The notes under the pieces were generated by a model. It was not told the DNA's origin. It saw only the letters and a list, made by a program, of their open reading frames with translations, and searched no databases. The position numbers and the translations under genes were made by a program. Source: a virus (taxonomy: Duplodnaviria; Caudoviricetes). From it: a stretch of 50,972 nucleotides of DNA. The stretch covers positions 1 to 50,972 of the IMG/VR virus record IMGVR_UViG_3300020598_000120. One strand, given 5' to 3'. This document shows, piece by piece, positions 17,912-27,887 of this stretch (position 1 is its first letter; each line of letters opens with the position of its first letter).

Positions 17912-20041
17912 TTACGGCGCGACCAGGGTCATGCCGGTGCTCTCGACCAGCGGTCCGGAGACCCGGACATTGCTGCTGGAGGAGCGCACCTGGGCAGACA
18001 TGCCCGGCGGCAATCTCCCGCTGATCTCAAGCTCCAACTTGCCGCGGAGCGCCCGGCCGATCTCATCTCCGCTCGGCGCCAGGGAGCGCGCTGCCCCTTC
18101 GGCGGCGGGTGCCCCCAACTGGCCCGCGGGTGCGCCACCCTGGTACTGAGCTGTCGCCGCAGCCAGTCGCCCCAGGAATCGGCTCTGGCTGGTGCCTTCC
18201 TCAATGCCGCCTGGCAGAGAGGTCCAGGTGCGTGAGAGGGCCGGCCCGATCCCGGCACGAACCGCCGGATCGCCGCTTCTGAGATCAGCCATCAGGTCCC
18301 GGCCCGTCCGCGCACGATAGTCACGCTGCGCCAGCCACCATGCGGCACGATCCTGGCTGGCCGGGCTGAAGTCCTTCAGATCCAGAGCCGTCGCGGCTTC
18401 ATCCCAGGTCCCTTTCAGGAACTGGTAGCGGCCCGCCGCTGTGCTGGTCCGCCCTCGGTTTGGGCCGCTTCCGATGACATTGGCGACGTTCGGATGCCGA
18501 CTGTAGTCGCTGAAGCGCCGCCCCCCGTACAGCACATCATAACCAGGGCTCTCCGTGCCGGCGATCGTATCCAGAAGCCCTCTCGCCTCAGCCGGAAGGC
18601 TGGCATCCTGCGTTCGTGGGCCATACTCGATGCCGCCAGCCCGCTGCCCGAAGTTGCGCCGCCGCTGTGCCTGCCCTTCGGGGCTGTTGTCGCGGGTCTT
18701 CCCCAGTTGATGGAGAGCGTAGCCTGCCGTGCCAATGATGGCGGCCGGACCCAGGATTCGGGCCGCGAGGCTCATGACCGCGGGCAACCGAAGCCCCGCC
18801 CCCGCCGCGGCAGCCGCCGAACCGCCGCCGCCGGCCGCGGCCCCAGCACCAGAAGCCGCAGCAGCGGCGGCGGTCGCCCGTCCCACGCTCGCCAGGGCCC
18901 TCGCCGCTGCGGCACCCATCGTGCCCAAGGCAAAGGTCACCTGCCCGATGCCGAGAGCCAACCGCGCGAAGGGACCGAGAACGGTCAGGGCAAAGCGTGC
19001 CGCCATCAGGCCGAACACCAGCTTGAGCGCCGTCTCCCAGCCGCCGATAGCCTTGGCGATGGAATCCGCCTTCTCCCAGAAATCCTTCAGGCCCTGCCGC
19101 ACAGAGGCCCAGTCGATCCCGGCCACATAGGTGGCGAATTGCTGGACCTTCTCGCCAATCCCCGTCGCGATCCAGTCGCGGTTCCGCGCGATCCACTCCG
19201 CCATCTGCTCCAGAAGCGGAGAGATGATCGGCGAGAGCCGCTCGGAGATGGAGTTCGTCAGCCCCCGGACCGCGAGGGTCATGCGTGCCTGGGCCTGCTG
19301 GAAGCGGTTGGCGGACACCACGGCCGCGTCATTGATGACACCATAGCGCTGCGCCATGGCCGTGTACTCGCGAATCCCCGCGGCCCCCTTCCGCAGAAAC
19401 GGCAGCAACTCCTCCGCCGCCCCCCCGAAGGCGATCTGCGCCGCCTGCGCCTGCGCCCAAGGGTTCTTCAGGCCGGCGATCTTCTCCGCCAGTTCCGGCA
19501 TGACATCGGCCACACTGCGGGCCTGACCGCGCGCATCCCTCATGGAGACGCCCAGCATGTTGAAGAGCTGAACCGCCTGCGCGTTCCGCCCGCCAATGGC
19601 GTCGTACATGGTCTGGCCGAGGTTCTGCAGACCACTGGTCAAGGCGTCAGCCGATACCCCCGCAAGCTGCGCCGCGCCCTGCAGGCTGTGCAGCTGTGAC
19701 GTCGAAAGCCCCATCCGGGTCGCCGCATTGCCAAGCCGAACCGCCATCTCGGCCCAACCCTGCACCAGGCGGTACAGCCCGCCGACGCTGGCAGCCCCCG
19801 TGATGACCCCGAGCGGCGCCACGATGGCGGAGACGCTGCGGAAGGCATTGCCCGCCGAGTAGGCAACGGCACCGAAGGCATTGGCCATCCGGCGCAGCCC
19901 GGAGACATCCGCGAAGCGATCCATCGCGCGGCCCGCTCGCTGGAAGGGCGCGGCGAACTGCGCCATCTTCCGGTTGATGCGGTCCAGCGTCTTGGTGACG
20001 TTGTCGACGGCACTGATGGTGACGCTGAACCCGTTGGCCAC
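17912..20041 (-). CDS. Tail tape measure protein with lambda-R-like lysozyme/transglycosylase domain
   Basis: Ala-rich helical N-terminus; '[17 protein letters not shown]...[12 protein letters not shown]...[10 protein letters not shown]'. Confidence 0.85.
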   Translation of the reverse strand: MANGFSVTISAVDNVTKTLDRINRKMAQFAAPFQRAGRAMDRFADVSGLRRMANAFGAVAYSAGNAFRSVSAIVAPLGVITGAASVGGLYRLVQGWAEMAVRLGNAATRMGLSTSQLHSLQGAAQLAGVSADALTSGLQNLGQTMYDAIGGRNAQAVQLFNMLGVSMRDARGQARSVADVMPELAEKIAGLKNPWAQAQAAQIAFGGAAEELLPFLRKGAAGIREYTAMAQRYGVINDAAVVSANRFQQAQARMTLAVRGLTNSISERLSPIISPLLEQMAEWIARNRDWIATGIGEKVQQFATYVAGIDWASVRQGLKDFWEKADSIAKAIGGWETALKLVFGLMAARFALTVLGPFARLALGIGQVTFALGTMGAAAARALASVGRATAAAAAASGAGAAAGGGGSAAAAAGAGLRLPAVMSLAARILGPAAIIGTAGYALHQLGKTRDNSPEGQAQRRRNFGQRAGGIEYGPRTQDASLPAEARGLLDTIAGTESPGYDVLYGGRRFSDYSRHPNVANVIGSGPNRGRTSTAAGRYQFLKGTWDEAATALDLKDFSPASQDRAAWWLAQRDYRARTGRDLMADLRSGDPAVRAGIGPALSRTWTSLPGGIEEGTSQSRFLGRLAAATAQYQGGAPAGQLGAPAAEGAARSLAPSGDEIGRALRGKLELEISGRLPPGMSAQVRSSSSNVRVSGPLVESTGMTLVAP

Positions 20042-20043
20042 GT

Positions 20044-20205
20044 TCAGCTCCTTTTCTGCGCCTTGATCATCTCGTTGGCGCGCTCCAGCCAGACCAGCAG
20101 GTCGGTCCCGGTCACCCGCCAGGCTTCGTCAGGCGCCCAGCCATAGAACTTGGCGAGATCGAGGGTCAGCTCGTCCCAGTTCGCCGGCCAGGCCCGATAA
20201 AACCC
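20044..20205 (-). CDS. GpE'/gpT-like tail chaperone extension reached by -1 frameshift
   Basis: The -1 frame after GGGTTTT reads ...[24 protein letters not shown]...WLERA, a GpE-like motif. Confidence 0.75.
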   Translation of the reverse strand, partial: GFYRAWPANWDELTLDLAKFYGWAPDEAWRVTGTDLLVWLERANEMIKAQKRS

Positions 20206-20786
20206 TGCAGATACAGGGCCGCCGCGTTCAGCACGCTGACCGGCAGCGCCTGCACGACCTGGTAGGGGACCCCCGCTGTGCCGGAGACCAGCCAGAGCTG
20301 ATAGGAGCGCAGCGATTGCGGACCGATCCCCTTGCGCAGGTGCCCCTGCGCCTTGCGGACGGTGCCCGTGAGCGGCTCGAGCAGCGTCAGGCTGGCGTAC
20401 TCGATGCCCTGGAACGTCACCGGCCGGGGGAGTTCGAGGTCCCACTGGTCAGGCTGCGCACCGGCATCCAGGCCGATCTCGGCCGGCTCCAGTCCCGCCT
20501 CGGTGAAGCCGGAGAAGTACTCCCCCGCCTGCCCCAGGATGCTGGTCGGAACCTCGTCCAGGTCCTCTGCCTTGGCGATGCCACAGACCTGCGCTGTCAG
20601 TTCCCGCAGGTAGAGCGTGACGGCTTCCGGGCCAGCATCGTTCTGGATGTGCGTCTCCGCCTTCCAGACCTCCAAGGCTGCCGGCTCTCGCAGCTTCAGC
20701 GTCGCCAGCGTACCACCCCGGATCGCGAGTGGCTTGCGCAGGTCGAGGACCAGTTCCGGCGCCGGCAGATTGTCGGGCAGCTTCAT
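20166..20786 (-). CDS. Tail assembly chaperone with tandemly duplicated Mu gp41-like domain
   Basis: Lies between tube and tape measure; two repeats of 'L..P....G.....L.L.EP...'. Confidence 0.85.
   Translation of the reverse strand: MKLPDNLPAPELVLDLRKPLAIRGGTLATLKLREPAALEVWKAETHIQNDAGPEAVTLYLRELTAQVCGIAKAEDLDEVPTSILGQAGEYFSGFTEAGLEPAEIGLDAGAQPDQWDLELPRPVTFQGIEYASLTLLEPLTGTVRKAQGHLRKGIGPQSLRSYQLWLVSGTAGVPYQVVQALPVSVLNAAALYLQGFIGPGRRTGTS
20199..20205 (-). other. -1 ribosomal frameshift slippery site G GGT TTT
   Basis: X XXY YYZ heptamer in frame near the 3' end of the chaperone gene. Confidence 0.8.
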
Positions 20787-20788
20787 GC

Positions 20789-21175
20789 TCAGGTCTCGGT
20801 CACGCGGCGGCCGGAGAAAGTGACGTCGAACGTGCCGTCCGAGGTCGCGACGGGCGAGCACTCGGTGCACCACATGCCGTCACCCGACACCGTCTTGCCG
20901 TTGGCCAGCTGCCCCACGACGGAGGCATTGGTCAGCTCCATGAAGGCCGCCTGCGACAGGTAGCGCGCATCCCGGATCTTCGCCGTGATGCGGCCCGTCT
21001 TGAAGGACTCGCTGAACCCCTGCACGCCGCTCTGCCCGATGACGTCCTCACGGGTGCGCTCGGTCGCGTCATAGGTCAGATCGCTGGCGACATCGACCGC
21101 CTCACCATTGATCGTAAGGAAGGCGACGCCGCCACGCTGCCCGCCGGTGACCGCCGGGCCGTTGTACAAAGCCAT
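20789..21175 (-). CDS. Tail tube protein (Mu-like)
   Basis: Follows sheath; 'REDVIGQSGVQGFSE...QLANGK'. Confidence 0.88.
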   Translation of the reverse strand: MALYNGPAVTGGQRGGVAFLTINGEAVDVASDLTYDATERTREDVIGQSGVQGFSESFKTGRITAKIRDARYLSQAAFMELTNASVVGQLANGKTVSGDGMWCTECSPVATSDGTFDVTFSGRRVTET

Positions 21176-21188
21176 GGTCAGCCCCTCC

Positions 21189-22667
21189 TCAGGACTTCAG
21201 GAAATTGACCTTGATCGCGATCACGCGGAGCTGGTTGGCGACGTCGAAGGGCGCCAGCAGCTTCACCACTCCCTTGCCGGCATTCTCGGCGCGCGCACCG
21301 ATGCGGAAGGCCTCGAAGTTCTGCGCCAGCCCCAGCACCTCGCAGTAGGTGCGATAGCGCGCGATGGCGCTCGCCAGCACCGTCTGGCTGGTCACCATGT
21401 TGGAGCCGCCCTCGATGGTGGTGCCATCCGCAACCAGCTTCTTGCGTTCGTAGACGGTCGCCAGGTGCGTCCGCAGATCCCGGATCAGGTACTGCAGCGT
21501 GTACGGGGTCTCGACGTCGAGGTAGGCGTTGTCCGCCACACCGGCGGCGTTCTTCTGGTAGAAAGTGACCGCGCGGTCGAGATAGACCGTGCCGTCGGCG
21601 CCCACCTTGTAGGTGGAGTTGCCGGCATAGAGCAGGCTGTTGCGCTCCGAAGGGTCATCGCGCTCAGCGATCGGCGGCGCGATGATCCCGGGAAGCGCGA
21701 TGTTCTGCAGAGGCAGCGCCGGGTCCACGCGCAGGCTCGCCGCGCAGACGCCGCCGTAGGAGGCCGCCCAGAGCCAGGCGGGGCTCGGGCTACCCTGGAA
21801 GCCGATGCTGGACCCGTGCGGGTCGTTGCGCGCCTTGCCATAGGTGATCCGCTCGCCAAGCGTCCCACGGAAGGCGGTGAAGAAGCCCCCATAGAGCATC
21901 TGCTGCCAGGACCAGCGGCCGCTCACATCGTCCAGAAAGGTCTTCAGGGCGTCGAGGGACGTCGTATCGGTGTAGGGGCAGATGATGAAGTCGAAGGTGG
22001 TCTCGCCGAGGTTCGCCAGCGCGGCGGCAAGGGCGGGCACACCGGTGCCGCCTGCCATGGCGGTCACGGTCGCGGTCAGCCCGGTCGGCATGGTCTCACC
22101 CGCCAGGATGCCGCCGAAGTTCACCGCGATCGGGATCTCGTTGCCCCAGGCCCCCTTCCCCGTAGCGGTAAAGGTCACGCTGCCGTCCGTGGCCGCCGCC
22201 GTCGCGGGGAGGATGGCCGCGGAGCAGGCTGCGGCCAGATTGGTTGCGACAACGGCCGCGGTATCGCCCGGGCCGACTTGCACCGGCACCCGCACCCCGC
22301 CGATATAGACGCCGAGAGTGCCGGCCTCCGCCGCCGTGCCGGTCAGGGCCAGCGTGCCAGTGGCCGCCGCACCACCCGCCGCATCTGCTAGGGGCAGGTG
22401 CCACAGCTCGCCGAAGGGGTCGGCCAGGCGGTAGACCTTGGTCATCATCGCCAGCGGCGAGCGGGCGCCGTACAGCGCCTCCGCGTCAGCCTGCCCGGAA
22501 TAGATCACCGGCACGCCAGCCTGCGCAGCACTGACCTTGCCCGTCTCGCCCTGACCGATGATCAGAGCGCGCAGGATCGCGGAGCCGGTATTCGCGCCGG
22601 AAGGGTCGACCTCGGCATAGACGCCAGGAACCCGGTTGGTGATGTCGTAGTGGGAGAAATCGATCAC
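21189..22667 (-). CDS. Tail sheath protein (Mu gpL-like)
   Basis: 'RVPGVYAEVD.S.AN', 'GRWSWQQMLYG', 'DPALPLQ', 'YLDVET', 'NQLRVIA'. Confidence 0.93.
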   Translation of the reverse strand: MIDFSHYDITNRVPGVYAEVDPSGANTGSAILRALIIGQGETGKVSAAQAGVPVIYSGQADAEALYGARSPLAMMTKVYRLADPFGELWHLPLADAAGGAAATGTLALTGTAAEAGTLGVYIGGVRVPVQVGPGDTAAVVATNLAAACSAAILPATAAATDGSVTFTATGKGAWGNEIPIAVNFGGILAGETMPTGLTATVTAMAGGTGVPALAAALANLGETTFDFIICPYTDTTSLDALKTFLDDVSGRWSWQQMLYGGFFTAFRGTLGERITYGKARNDPHGSSIGFQGSPSPAWLWAASYGGVCAASLRVDPALPLQNIALPGIIAPPIAERDDPSERNSLLYAGNSTYKVGADGTVYLDRAVTFYQKNAAGVADNAYLDVETPYTLQYLIRDLRTHLATVYERKKLVADGTTIEGGSNMVTSQTVLASAIARYRTYCEVLGLAQNFEAFRIGARAENAGKGVVKLLAPFDVANQLRVIAIKVNFLKS

Positions 22668-22678
22668 GGCCGGTCTCC

Positions 22679-22879
22679 TCAGCCCTTGGCTTCAGCGGCA
22701 GGCTCAGCCGCGCCGGCCGGCTTGCCAGCCGGCTTCGGGGCGTCGGCCAGCCTGACATCCCCGTCGCGCAGGCGGCGCATCCAGAAGGTGGATTCGGGTA
22801 CCTCCCGCCCCTCAGGCGAAAGGGCATGCTGCGTCACCGGGTCGCGAACCTCGCGCCCTTTGACCGGCTTCACGTACAT
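22679..22879 (-). CDS. DUF2635 family protein (Mu gp38-like)
   Basis: 'VKP..GR.VRDP.....L..EG.EV....FW.RRL.DGDV'. Confidence 0.9.
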   Translation of the reverse strand: MYVKPVKGREVRDPVTQHALSPEGREVPESTFWMRRLRDGDVRLADAPKPAGKPAGAAEPAAEAKG

Positions 22880-22894
22880 CGGGCTCTCCTGGGG

Positions 22895-23452
22895 TCAGGT
22901 TTGCGCGGGATTCGCGCGGAACTCGGCGGCAATGGCCCCGCTGTCCTGGTTCACCACCGTGCCCTGGATCTCGCGGAGTGGTTCGGAGGGCGGGTGCCAT
23001 CCGTCAGCCGTGGTCACGGTGGTTTCCACCACGAAGTCGAACTGCCAGCGCAGCCACTGACGCGTGAGACCCCCGCCCACCAGGCCGCCGCCGGCATAGG
23101 CGAAGCCGCGCGCCTGATTGACCGGGTCCGGCCGCCAGTTCAGCAGCGCGGCCCAAAGCGCCGCGCGATATTGGTAGACCGCCTGAGTCACCGGGCCCTG
23201 GCCACGCCGATCGGTCGGATCGACGGCATTGCTGAGGTCGACGACGACGCCAATCTTCTCGCGCACCACCTGGTAGAGCCCGGTCTGGTTCTCGTTTTCG
23301 CCGGCATCATCCTCCAGGGGGGTGACATAGGCCGCGGGCTGCTGCAGCCAGATCTGATCGGCAGCCAGAGCATAGTCAGCCGCACCGGCCACGCGCCCCT
23401 CAAAGACGGGCGCGAAGATCCGGATCTGTTGGATCACCGCATCGAGGTTCAT
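22895..23452 (-). CDS. Tail terminator protein (Mu gp37-like)
   Basis: 'FEGRVAGAA', 'PAAYV', 'DRRGQ', 'ALLNW.P'; synteny. Confidence 0.8.
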   Translation of the reverse strand: MNLDAVIQQIRIFAPVFEGRVAGAADYALAADQIWLQQPAAYVTPLEDDAGENENQTGLYQVVREKIGVVVDLSNAVDPTDRRGQGPVTQAVYQYRAALWAALLNWRPDPVNQARGFAYAGGGLVGGGLTRQWLRWQFDFVVETTVTTADGWHPPSEPLREIQGTVVNQDSGAIAAEFRANPAQT

Positions 23453-23688
23453 GGCATCCGTCCCAGATCGGACATGCGAGCGCGGCGCCAGCGCACCTGA
23501 TCCTGCCAGTTGGCGGGGGTGTAGCCCGTCACGACGGGGCACCATGCCCGGCGCCGCTCTTCCACATAGAGCACTGGCTGGCCGAACCATCCGGCGCGAA
23601 ACTCGTGGGCGCCGGTGAGCTCCCATGCGGACACGGTCCCGCCAACCGGCGGCAAGACTGATGGCCTGGGCTGAGGCGGCCTGGCCAT
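23449..23688 (-). CDS. Hypothetical protein
   Basis: Overlaps both neighbours, consistent with translational coupling; 'RWRRARMSDL'. Confidence 0.55.
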   Translation of the reverse strand: MARPPQPRPSVLPPVGGTVSAWELTGAHEFRAGWFGQPVLYVEERRRAWCPVVTGYTPANWQDQVRWRRARMSDLGRMP

Positions 23689-24224
23689 CAGGACTTCACC
23701 TTGGCGAAGCCGATGTCCTGCCGGACGCTGGCTTCGATCCGCTTGCGCAGACCGTCCCGGCGCTCATCCAGGGCCACGGTCAGGAACTGCCGCGGCTCCA
23801 GCACACGGCCGGTCGTGACCTGCTGCTTGCGGATCATCCGCTTGCCGCGTGTGGCCTTCCGGCCGCCTCCGGTCGCGCCGGCTTCGAGGAAGAGCGCGTA
23901 GAAGGCCGTGGAGCGGATCGCGACGCCCTCGCCGCTCTTGAACGGGCGCACCTTGATGGAGCGGGCAAGGGTACCGGTGACGCGGACCGGCGCCTGGCCT
24001 GGGGCCGACGCCTGATAACGACCGGACTTATAGCCACCCCGGTATGCGGAGGACCCGCCGGAACCGTAATAGACCCGGCCGCTTCCCGTGCTCGACCGCA
24101 GCTGCGCCCGGGCAGCCTTCGCCACTTCGGCGCCGGCCGCGCGCATCGTCTTTCGCAGCGCCTTCTTGTCGAAGGTGAACTTGTGGCTCGGCGCCGAAAC
24201 GCGGATCGGGATGCCGTCGGCCAT
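23688..24224 (-). CDS. HK97 gp10-like tail completion protein
   Basis: 'ASAPGQAP...TGTLARSI...YALFLE.G...LEPR.FL'. Confidence 0.8.
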   Translation of the reverse strand: MADGIPIRVSAPSHKFTFDKKALRKTMRAAGAEVAKAARAQLRSSTGSGRVYYGSGGSSAYRGGYKSGRYQASAPGQAPVRVTGTLARSIKVRPFKSGEGVAIRSTAFYALFLEAGATGGGRKATRGKRMIRKQQVTTGRVLEPRQFLTVALDERRDGLRKRIEASVRQDIGFAKVKS

Positions 24225-24225
24225 T

Positions 24226-24594
24226 CTAGATCCCTCCCCGTTCCAGTTCCGCCTCGACCATCACGAAGCGCTTCCGCCCTCCCATCTCCAGCACGCGGCG
24301 GACGCGGAAGACCTCATGCCGCGCCTTCTCGCCCGGCGTGGTGGTTGTCCGCAGGATGGCGTGCGTCGTATCCAGGCCGCCGACCCAGCGCATCAAGATC
24401 ATATGCGTCACCGGGGTATCGACCTGGGCACTGCCGTAGAAGGTCATCGGCCGCGTCGCCTCGATCTTCGCCATGCGGTGCGCCATGGGCTTCAGCGTCT
24501 CCGCGATCCCCGTGGTGGTGGCCGAGGCGACCTGGTCGCGCCGATAGATCCGCACCGGCCAGCGCAGCTCGCCGATGGGGACCGTGTCGGCCAC
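24226..24594 (-). CDS. Head-tail adaptor / head closure protein
   Basis: 'IGELRWPVRI...VTHMILMRW'; synteny. Confidence 0.8.
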   Translation of the reverse strand: MADTVPIGELRWPVRIYRRDQVASATTTGIAETLKPMAHRMAKIEATRPMTFYGSAQVDTPVTHMILMRWVGGLDTTHAILRTTTTPGEKARHEVFRVRRVLEMGGRKRFVMVEAELERGGI

Positions 24595-24595
24595 G

Positions 24596-24784
24596 TCAGC
24601 GGCTCACAGGTTCATCGGGCACCACGTGGCAAGTCGCGAGCTGATACACGTCGTGGGTTTTGCGGATGAAGATCAGGTGGCCCCGGCGGATAGCCTCGGG
24701 TCCGACCACCCCCTCCGGAATCTGCGCCGTGCCGTAGTCAACCCCCTGGGCTGAGCGCAGGCTCACTGTCTTGGTCGTTCTCAT
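24596..24784 (-). CDS. Hypothetical protein (62 aa)
   Basis: Fills the gap exactly; GGAGG RBS. Confidence 0.55.
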   Translation of the reverse strand: MRTTKTVSLRSAQGVDYGTAQIPEGVVGPEAIRRGHLIFIRKTHDVYQLATCHVVPDEPVSR

Positions 24785-24785
24785 T

Positions 24786-25418
24786 TCAGCCTCCGAAGGT
24801 CACAAGCCGGTACGGCCACATCAGCATCTCGGCGGCTTTCGGTGGATCGCCGCCGGCGTCGCCGCGGTGCTCGTAAAGGAAGGCCGTCAGCAGCAGGATG
24901 CCCTGGCGGATGGGCAGCGGCACATCGTTCCCGGTCCCGCCATAGCCGGCCACGAAGTCGATGCTGACCTGATCCGCCGGCCCCGGTAGCGTCGCGCCTC
25001 GGATGGTCACCGTGGCGGGCTCGCCACTGACGGCCTGGTCATACTGTTCGACGTCGAGATCCACCTGCTGCCCATCCGCGCGCAGGATCGACACGCCGCA
25101 GACCTTCTGCACGGGTGACCGGGTCAGCTCGAGCGGGCGGCGCCAGGCTTGGGGACCGAAGGTCCAGGGATAGGCGAGGCGCCCGGTCAGCCCGGGGAAA
25201 CCCACGCCGACCGGCGGATCCTGCAGGCCGCCATAGGTCACCCGCAGGGTCTGGGTGATTAGCGCCCGTCCCAGCCAGGTCTCGGCCCAGGAGATTGCCG
25301 CGCCGAGATAGGTGTTGAGCTCGGGCTCTTCGGCATCCAGCCGGCAGTGCCTCGCCGCGTCACCGACGCTAACCGGCAGGTGCGCCGGCGCCTTGATGAC
25401 GCGGAGCGAGGTGTGCAT
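24786..25418 (-). CDS. Head-tail connector (gp6-like)
   Basis: 'PVS...A..HCRLD...GRALITQT...FVAGYG...VP.PIRQGILLL...YEHR'. Confidence 0.9.
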   Translation of the reverse strand: MHTSLRVIKAPAHLPVSVGDAARHCRLDAEEPELNTYLGAAISWAETWLGRALITQTLRVTYGGLQDPPVGVGFPGLTGRLAYPWTFGPQAWRRPLELTRSPVQKVCGVSILRADGQQVDLDVEQYDQAVSGEPATVTIRGATLPGPADQVSIDFVAGYGGTGNDVPLPIRQGILLLTAFLYEHRGDAGGDPPKAAEMLMWPYRLVTFGG

Positions 25419-25424
25419 GGCGCC

Positions 25425-25913
25425 TCAGGGTGCCTTGCCGGTCTTCGTGGGCTTGCCCGCTGCCTTGCTGTCCGCCTCACCCTCAGACGGACCGGAAGGG
25501 CCGGGGACATCCGGAGTCGCCGAAACGGGCACCAGGGCGCCATCGGCCGGCGCGGCCTGCTGCACCTCGGAGCCCTTCTCGACATAGGTCGCGGGGCGCG
25601 GGCTCGCCGCCGCCTCGCCGGTGCGGTTCACCGCCCGGTTGGTGTCGGTGGTCGCCACCACGGCGCCGGTATCGAGGCCGGCGGCCACCGGATCCACGGC
25701 AGCCTGCTGCGGCCCGCGCACATGCGGCACGGCGGAGCCGTCGGCCCGCGCCGGCGCGGTGCTGCCCGGAACCTCTTCCAGGTCGGGCGAGAAGGACAGC
25801 GATGGATCCGTGCGGGTAGTGACCGCCTCGGCCTGGATGGCATCCAGCGCGGTCTTCAGCGGCTCCGGACCGGCGACCACCTTCGCATCATCCGTCTTGT
25901 TGGCTTCGGGCAT
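25425..25913 (-). CDS. Low-complexity Ala/Pro/Thr-rich hypothetical protein
   Basis: GGGAGG RBS; located in the head operon. Confidence 0.6.
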   Translation of the reverse strand: MPEANKTDDAKVVAGPEPLKTALDAIQAEAVTTRTDPSLSFSPDLEEVPGSTAPARADGSAVPHVRGPQQAAVDPVAAGLDTGAVVATTDTNRAVNRTGEAAASPRPATYVEKGSEVQQAAPADGALVPVSATPDVPGPSGPSEGEADSKAAGKPTKTGKAP

Positions 25914-25923
25914 GGCGCCCTCC

Positions 25924-26163
25924 CTACTTGCGCACCATACCGGCCGTGGCCGGCTGGCGCTGGACCGGGGGATAGATCTGCACGGCAACGCCCAGCGCGA
26001 TCAGTTCATCCGCTTGGCTTGCCGCGAAGCCGGCCTCCACGCCGCGGTTCCAGAGGCGATGCGAGCGGGTGAAGCGGACCGTCTTGAGCGCCGGGGAGGG
26101 CGCCTTGACGGCGTCCTCCTGCGCAGAGGCGCCCGCCTCGGCGGGCTTGCTGACTCCGGCCAT
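25924..26163 (-). CDS. Small capsid-associated hypothetical protein
   Basis: AAGGAG RBS; 'VRFT....WN.G..AGF....ADELI..G.A' pattern typical after a capsid gene. Confidence 0.65.
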   Translation of the reverse strand: MAGVSKPAEAGASAQEDAVKAPSPALKTVRFTRSHRLWNRGVEAGFAASQADELIALGVAVQIYPPVQRQPATAGMVRK

Positions 26164-26216
26164 GGGCCGTCTCCTTGCTGATGAGCCGGGCGGGGCGCGC
26201 CCGCGAGGCGCGCGGG

Positions 26217-27809
26217 TCAGGCGATGCCGGGCAGCGTGCCGCCAGGCACCGCCGCGCTGCTGTTGCCCGGGTTGTTGGAACCCGTCGGCGCGTTGGTGCC
26301 CCAGGTGCTGGGGGCGGCCGACTTGTTGCCGTTGATGCCCTGCACGTAGTAGCTGGAGCCGCCCACCGGGGTGTAGCCGGCCGGCGCCCAACCCGGCAGC
26401 ACGGCGACCGCGACCGACGCCTGGTGCCGAAGGTTCATGTCGTGCTCGGTGATGACCCGGAACACCGTCTGGTCGCGCTGGAAGCCGCTGACCACGTTGC
26501 CGCCGCCGTCCTTGTAGGAGGCCTCGGCCGAGGCATCGACCGTGATGTTGTAGGTCTCGCCGATCACCACATCTGCAAAGTCCACCAGCATCAGGTAGGA
26601 CCCGTTGTTCACCGGGGCCTCGGTGGTGCCGGTGTTGATGTTGGTCGCCAGCTGCTGCGACTTCGACACCGGAACGCCCAGCAGAAGGCCGCGATCCAGC
26701 TCATCCTTAAACACGAAGTTGCCGACGCCGTCGCGCAGCGTGCGGAGGAACGCCTCCGTCGCGAACGGCATGATCCAGCGCGGCCGGATCATGCGGCTCA
26801 TGTTCTGCTGCAGCATCAAGAGCATCGCCTGCAGCAGGCCGGACACATAGGTCAGCCGCTCGGCGTTGTCATCCGGCAGGGCAGTGCCGGTGATCTTCAT
26901 GCCGGCCGCCGCCAGGTTCAGCAGGCCAATCGGCGAGTTGCCGCTGCCGTCGCCGATCATGAAGGCCAGGTCCTCGCGGCGGGCGATGACATTGATCATG
27001 TCATCCCGGACCAGTTCCTCGACGCCGATCGGCGAGCGGCGGATCAGATCATTGGAGACCGGCACCAGCGAGGTCAGCTTCTTGGCGTTCAGCTGCAGGT
27101 CATCGAAGGTCTGCTGCGACACCGCCATGTCATCCAGCTCACCCTGGTAGCCGGCCTGGGCGCCAGCCGCGAGCCGCGGGATGGTGAGGTTGCCCATCGG
27201 CATCGGCAGCACCAGCGGCCCATTCCCGCGGATCACCGTCTCGGCGCGCAGCAGCTCAATCACCTCGGTGCTGAAATCCTGCGGGATCAGCGCACCGCCC
27301 GTGGTCGTGCCGGCGCTATTCAGCGCCTTGGCCACTGCCGCATCGCCGAAGCGGCGCTGGACCATTTGGGCCGCACCGGCGATGCCGAGGCCACCCTTGG
27401 CATGCCACATGCCGATCAGGAATCGGGCGGCCTTCAGGCCCTTGCCTTGCTTGGCGGGCGGCTCGCCATAGCCGTGGGGGGTCGCCCGCGCGCCCTTCCC
27501 GGCCATGGCACGCACGCGCCGCTCCTCTTCGGTCTCGGGCTCGGCCTCGGCCGCGGCCGAATCGCCACCCTCCCCGCCCTCACCGCCGTTGAGCGGCTCG
27601 GCCGCATCGGCCATGGCCGCCAGTGCCTCCTCAAGACGGCTGATGCGCGCATCCTGGGCGGCAATGTCGACCTTGAGCTTCTCGATCTCGGTCAGCTCCT
27701 CGGAAGGAAGCTCCTCGCCCTCGGGCAGGTCCGCCTCCTTCAGGGCCAGCTCCTGCAGGCGCTTGGCCATGGTCGCGCGCGCGCGCTTCAGCTCGGCGAG
27801 CTTCTTCAT
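26217..27809 (-). CDS. Major capsid protein, HK97 family
   Basis: Coiled-coil delta domain, 'GGALIPQDFS.EVIELLR', 'GDGSGNSPIGL', 'FQRDQT..R...HD'. Confidence 0.95.
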   Translation of the reverse strand: MKKLAELKRARATMAKRLQELALKEADLPEGEELPSEELTEIEKLKVDIAAQDARISRLEEALAAMADAAEPLNGGEGGEGGDSAAAEAEPETEEERRVRAMAGKGARATPHGYGEPPAKQGKGLKAARFLIGMWHAKGGLGIAGAAQMVQRRFGDAAVAKALNSAGTTTGGALIPQDFSTEVIELLRAETVIRGNGPLVLPMPMGNLTIPRLAAGAQAGYQGELDDMAVSQQTFDDLQLNAKKLTSLVPVSNDLIRRSPIGVEELVRDDMINVIARREDLAFMIGDGSGNSPIGLLNLAAAGMKITGTALPDDNAERLTYVSGLLQAMLLMLQQNMSRMIRPRWIMPFATEAFLRTLRDGVGNFVFKDELDRGLLLGVPVSKSQQLATNINTGTTEAPVNNGSYLMLVDFADVVIGETYNITVDASAEASYKDGGGNVVSGFQRDQTVFRVITEHDMNLRHQASVAVAVLPGWAPAGYTPVGGSSYYVQGINGNKSAAPSTWGTNAPTGSNNPGNSSAAVPGGTLPGIA

Positions 27810-27887
27810 CGTCAACCTCATCCGTATGGTCTAGGTGCGCCAGGGGGCGCAGGTCGGCTTGCCCAAGGCCGGATGGGGCTATCGCTC

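Noticed and set aside
12774-23452. Stand-alone tailocin or contractile injection system
   Set aside because: Full head, packaging, replication and integration modules are contiguous, so this is a prophage tail
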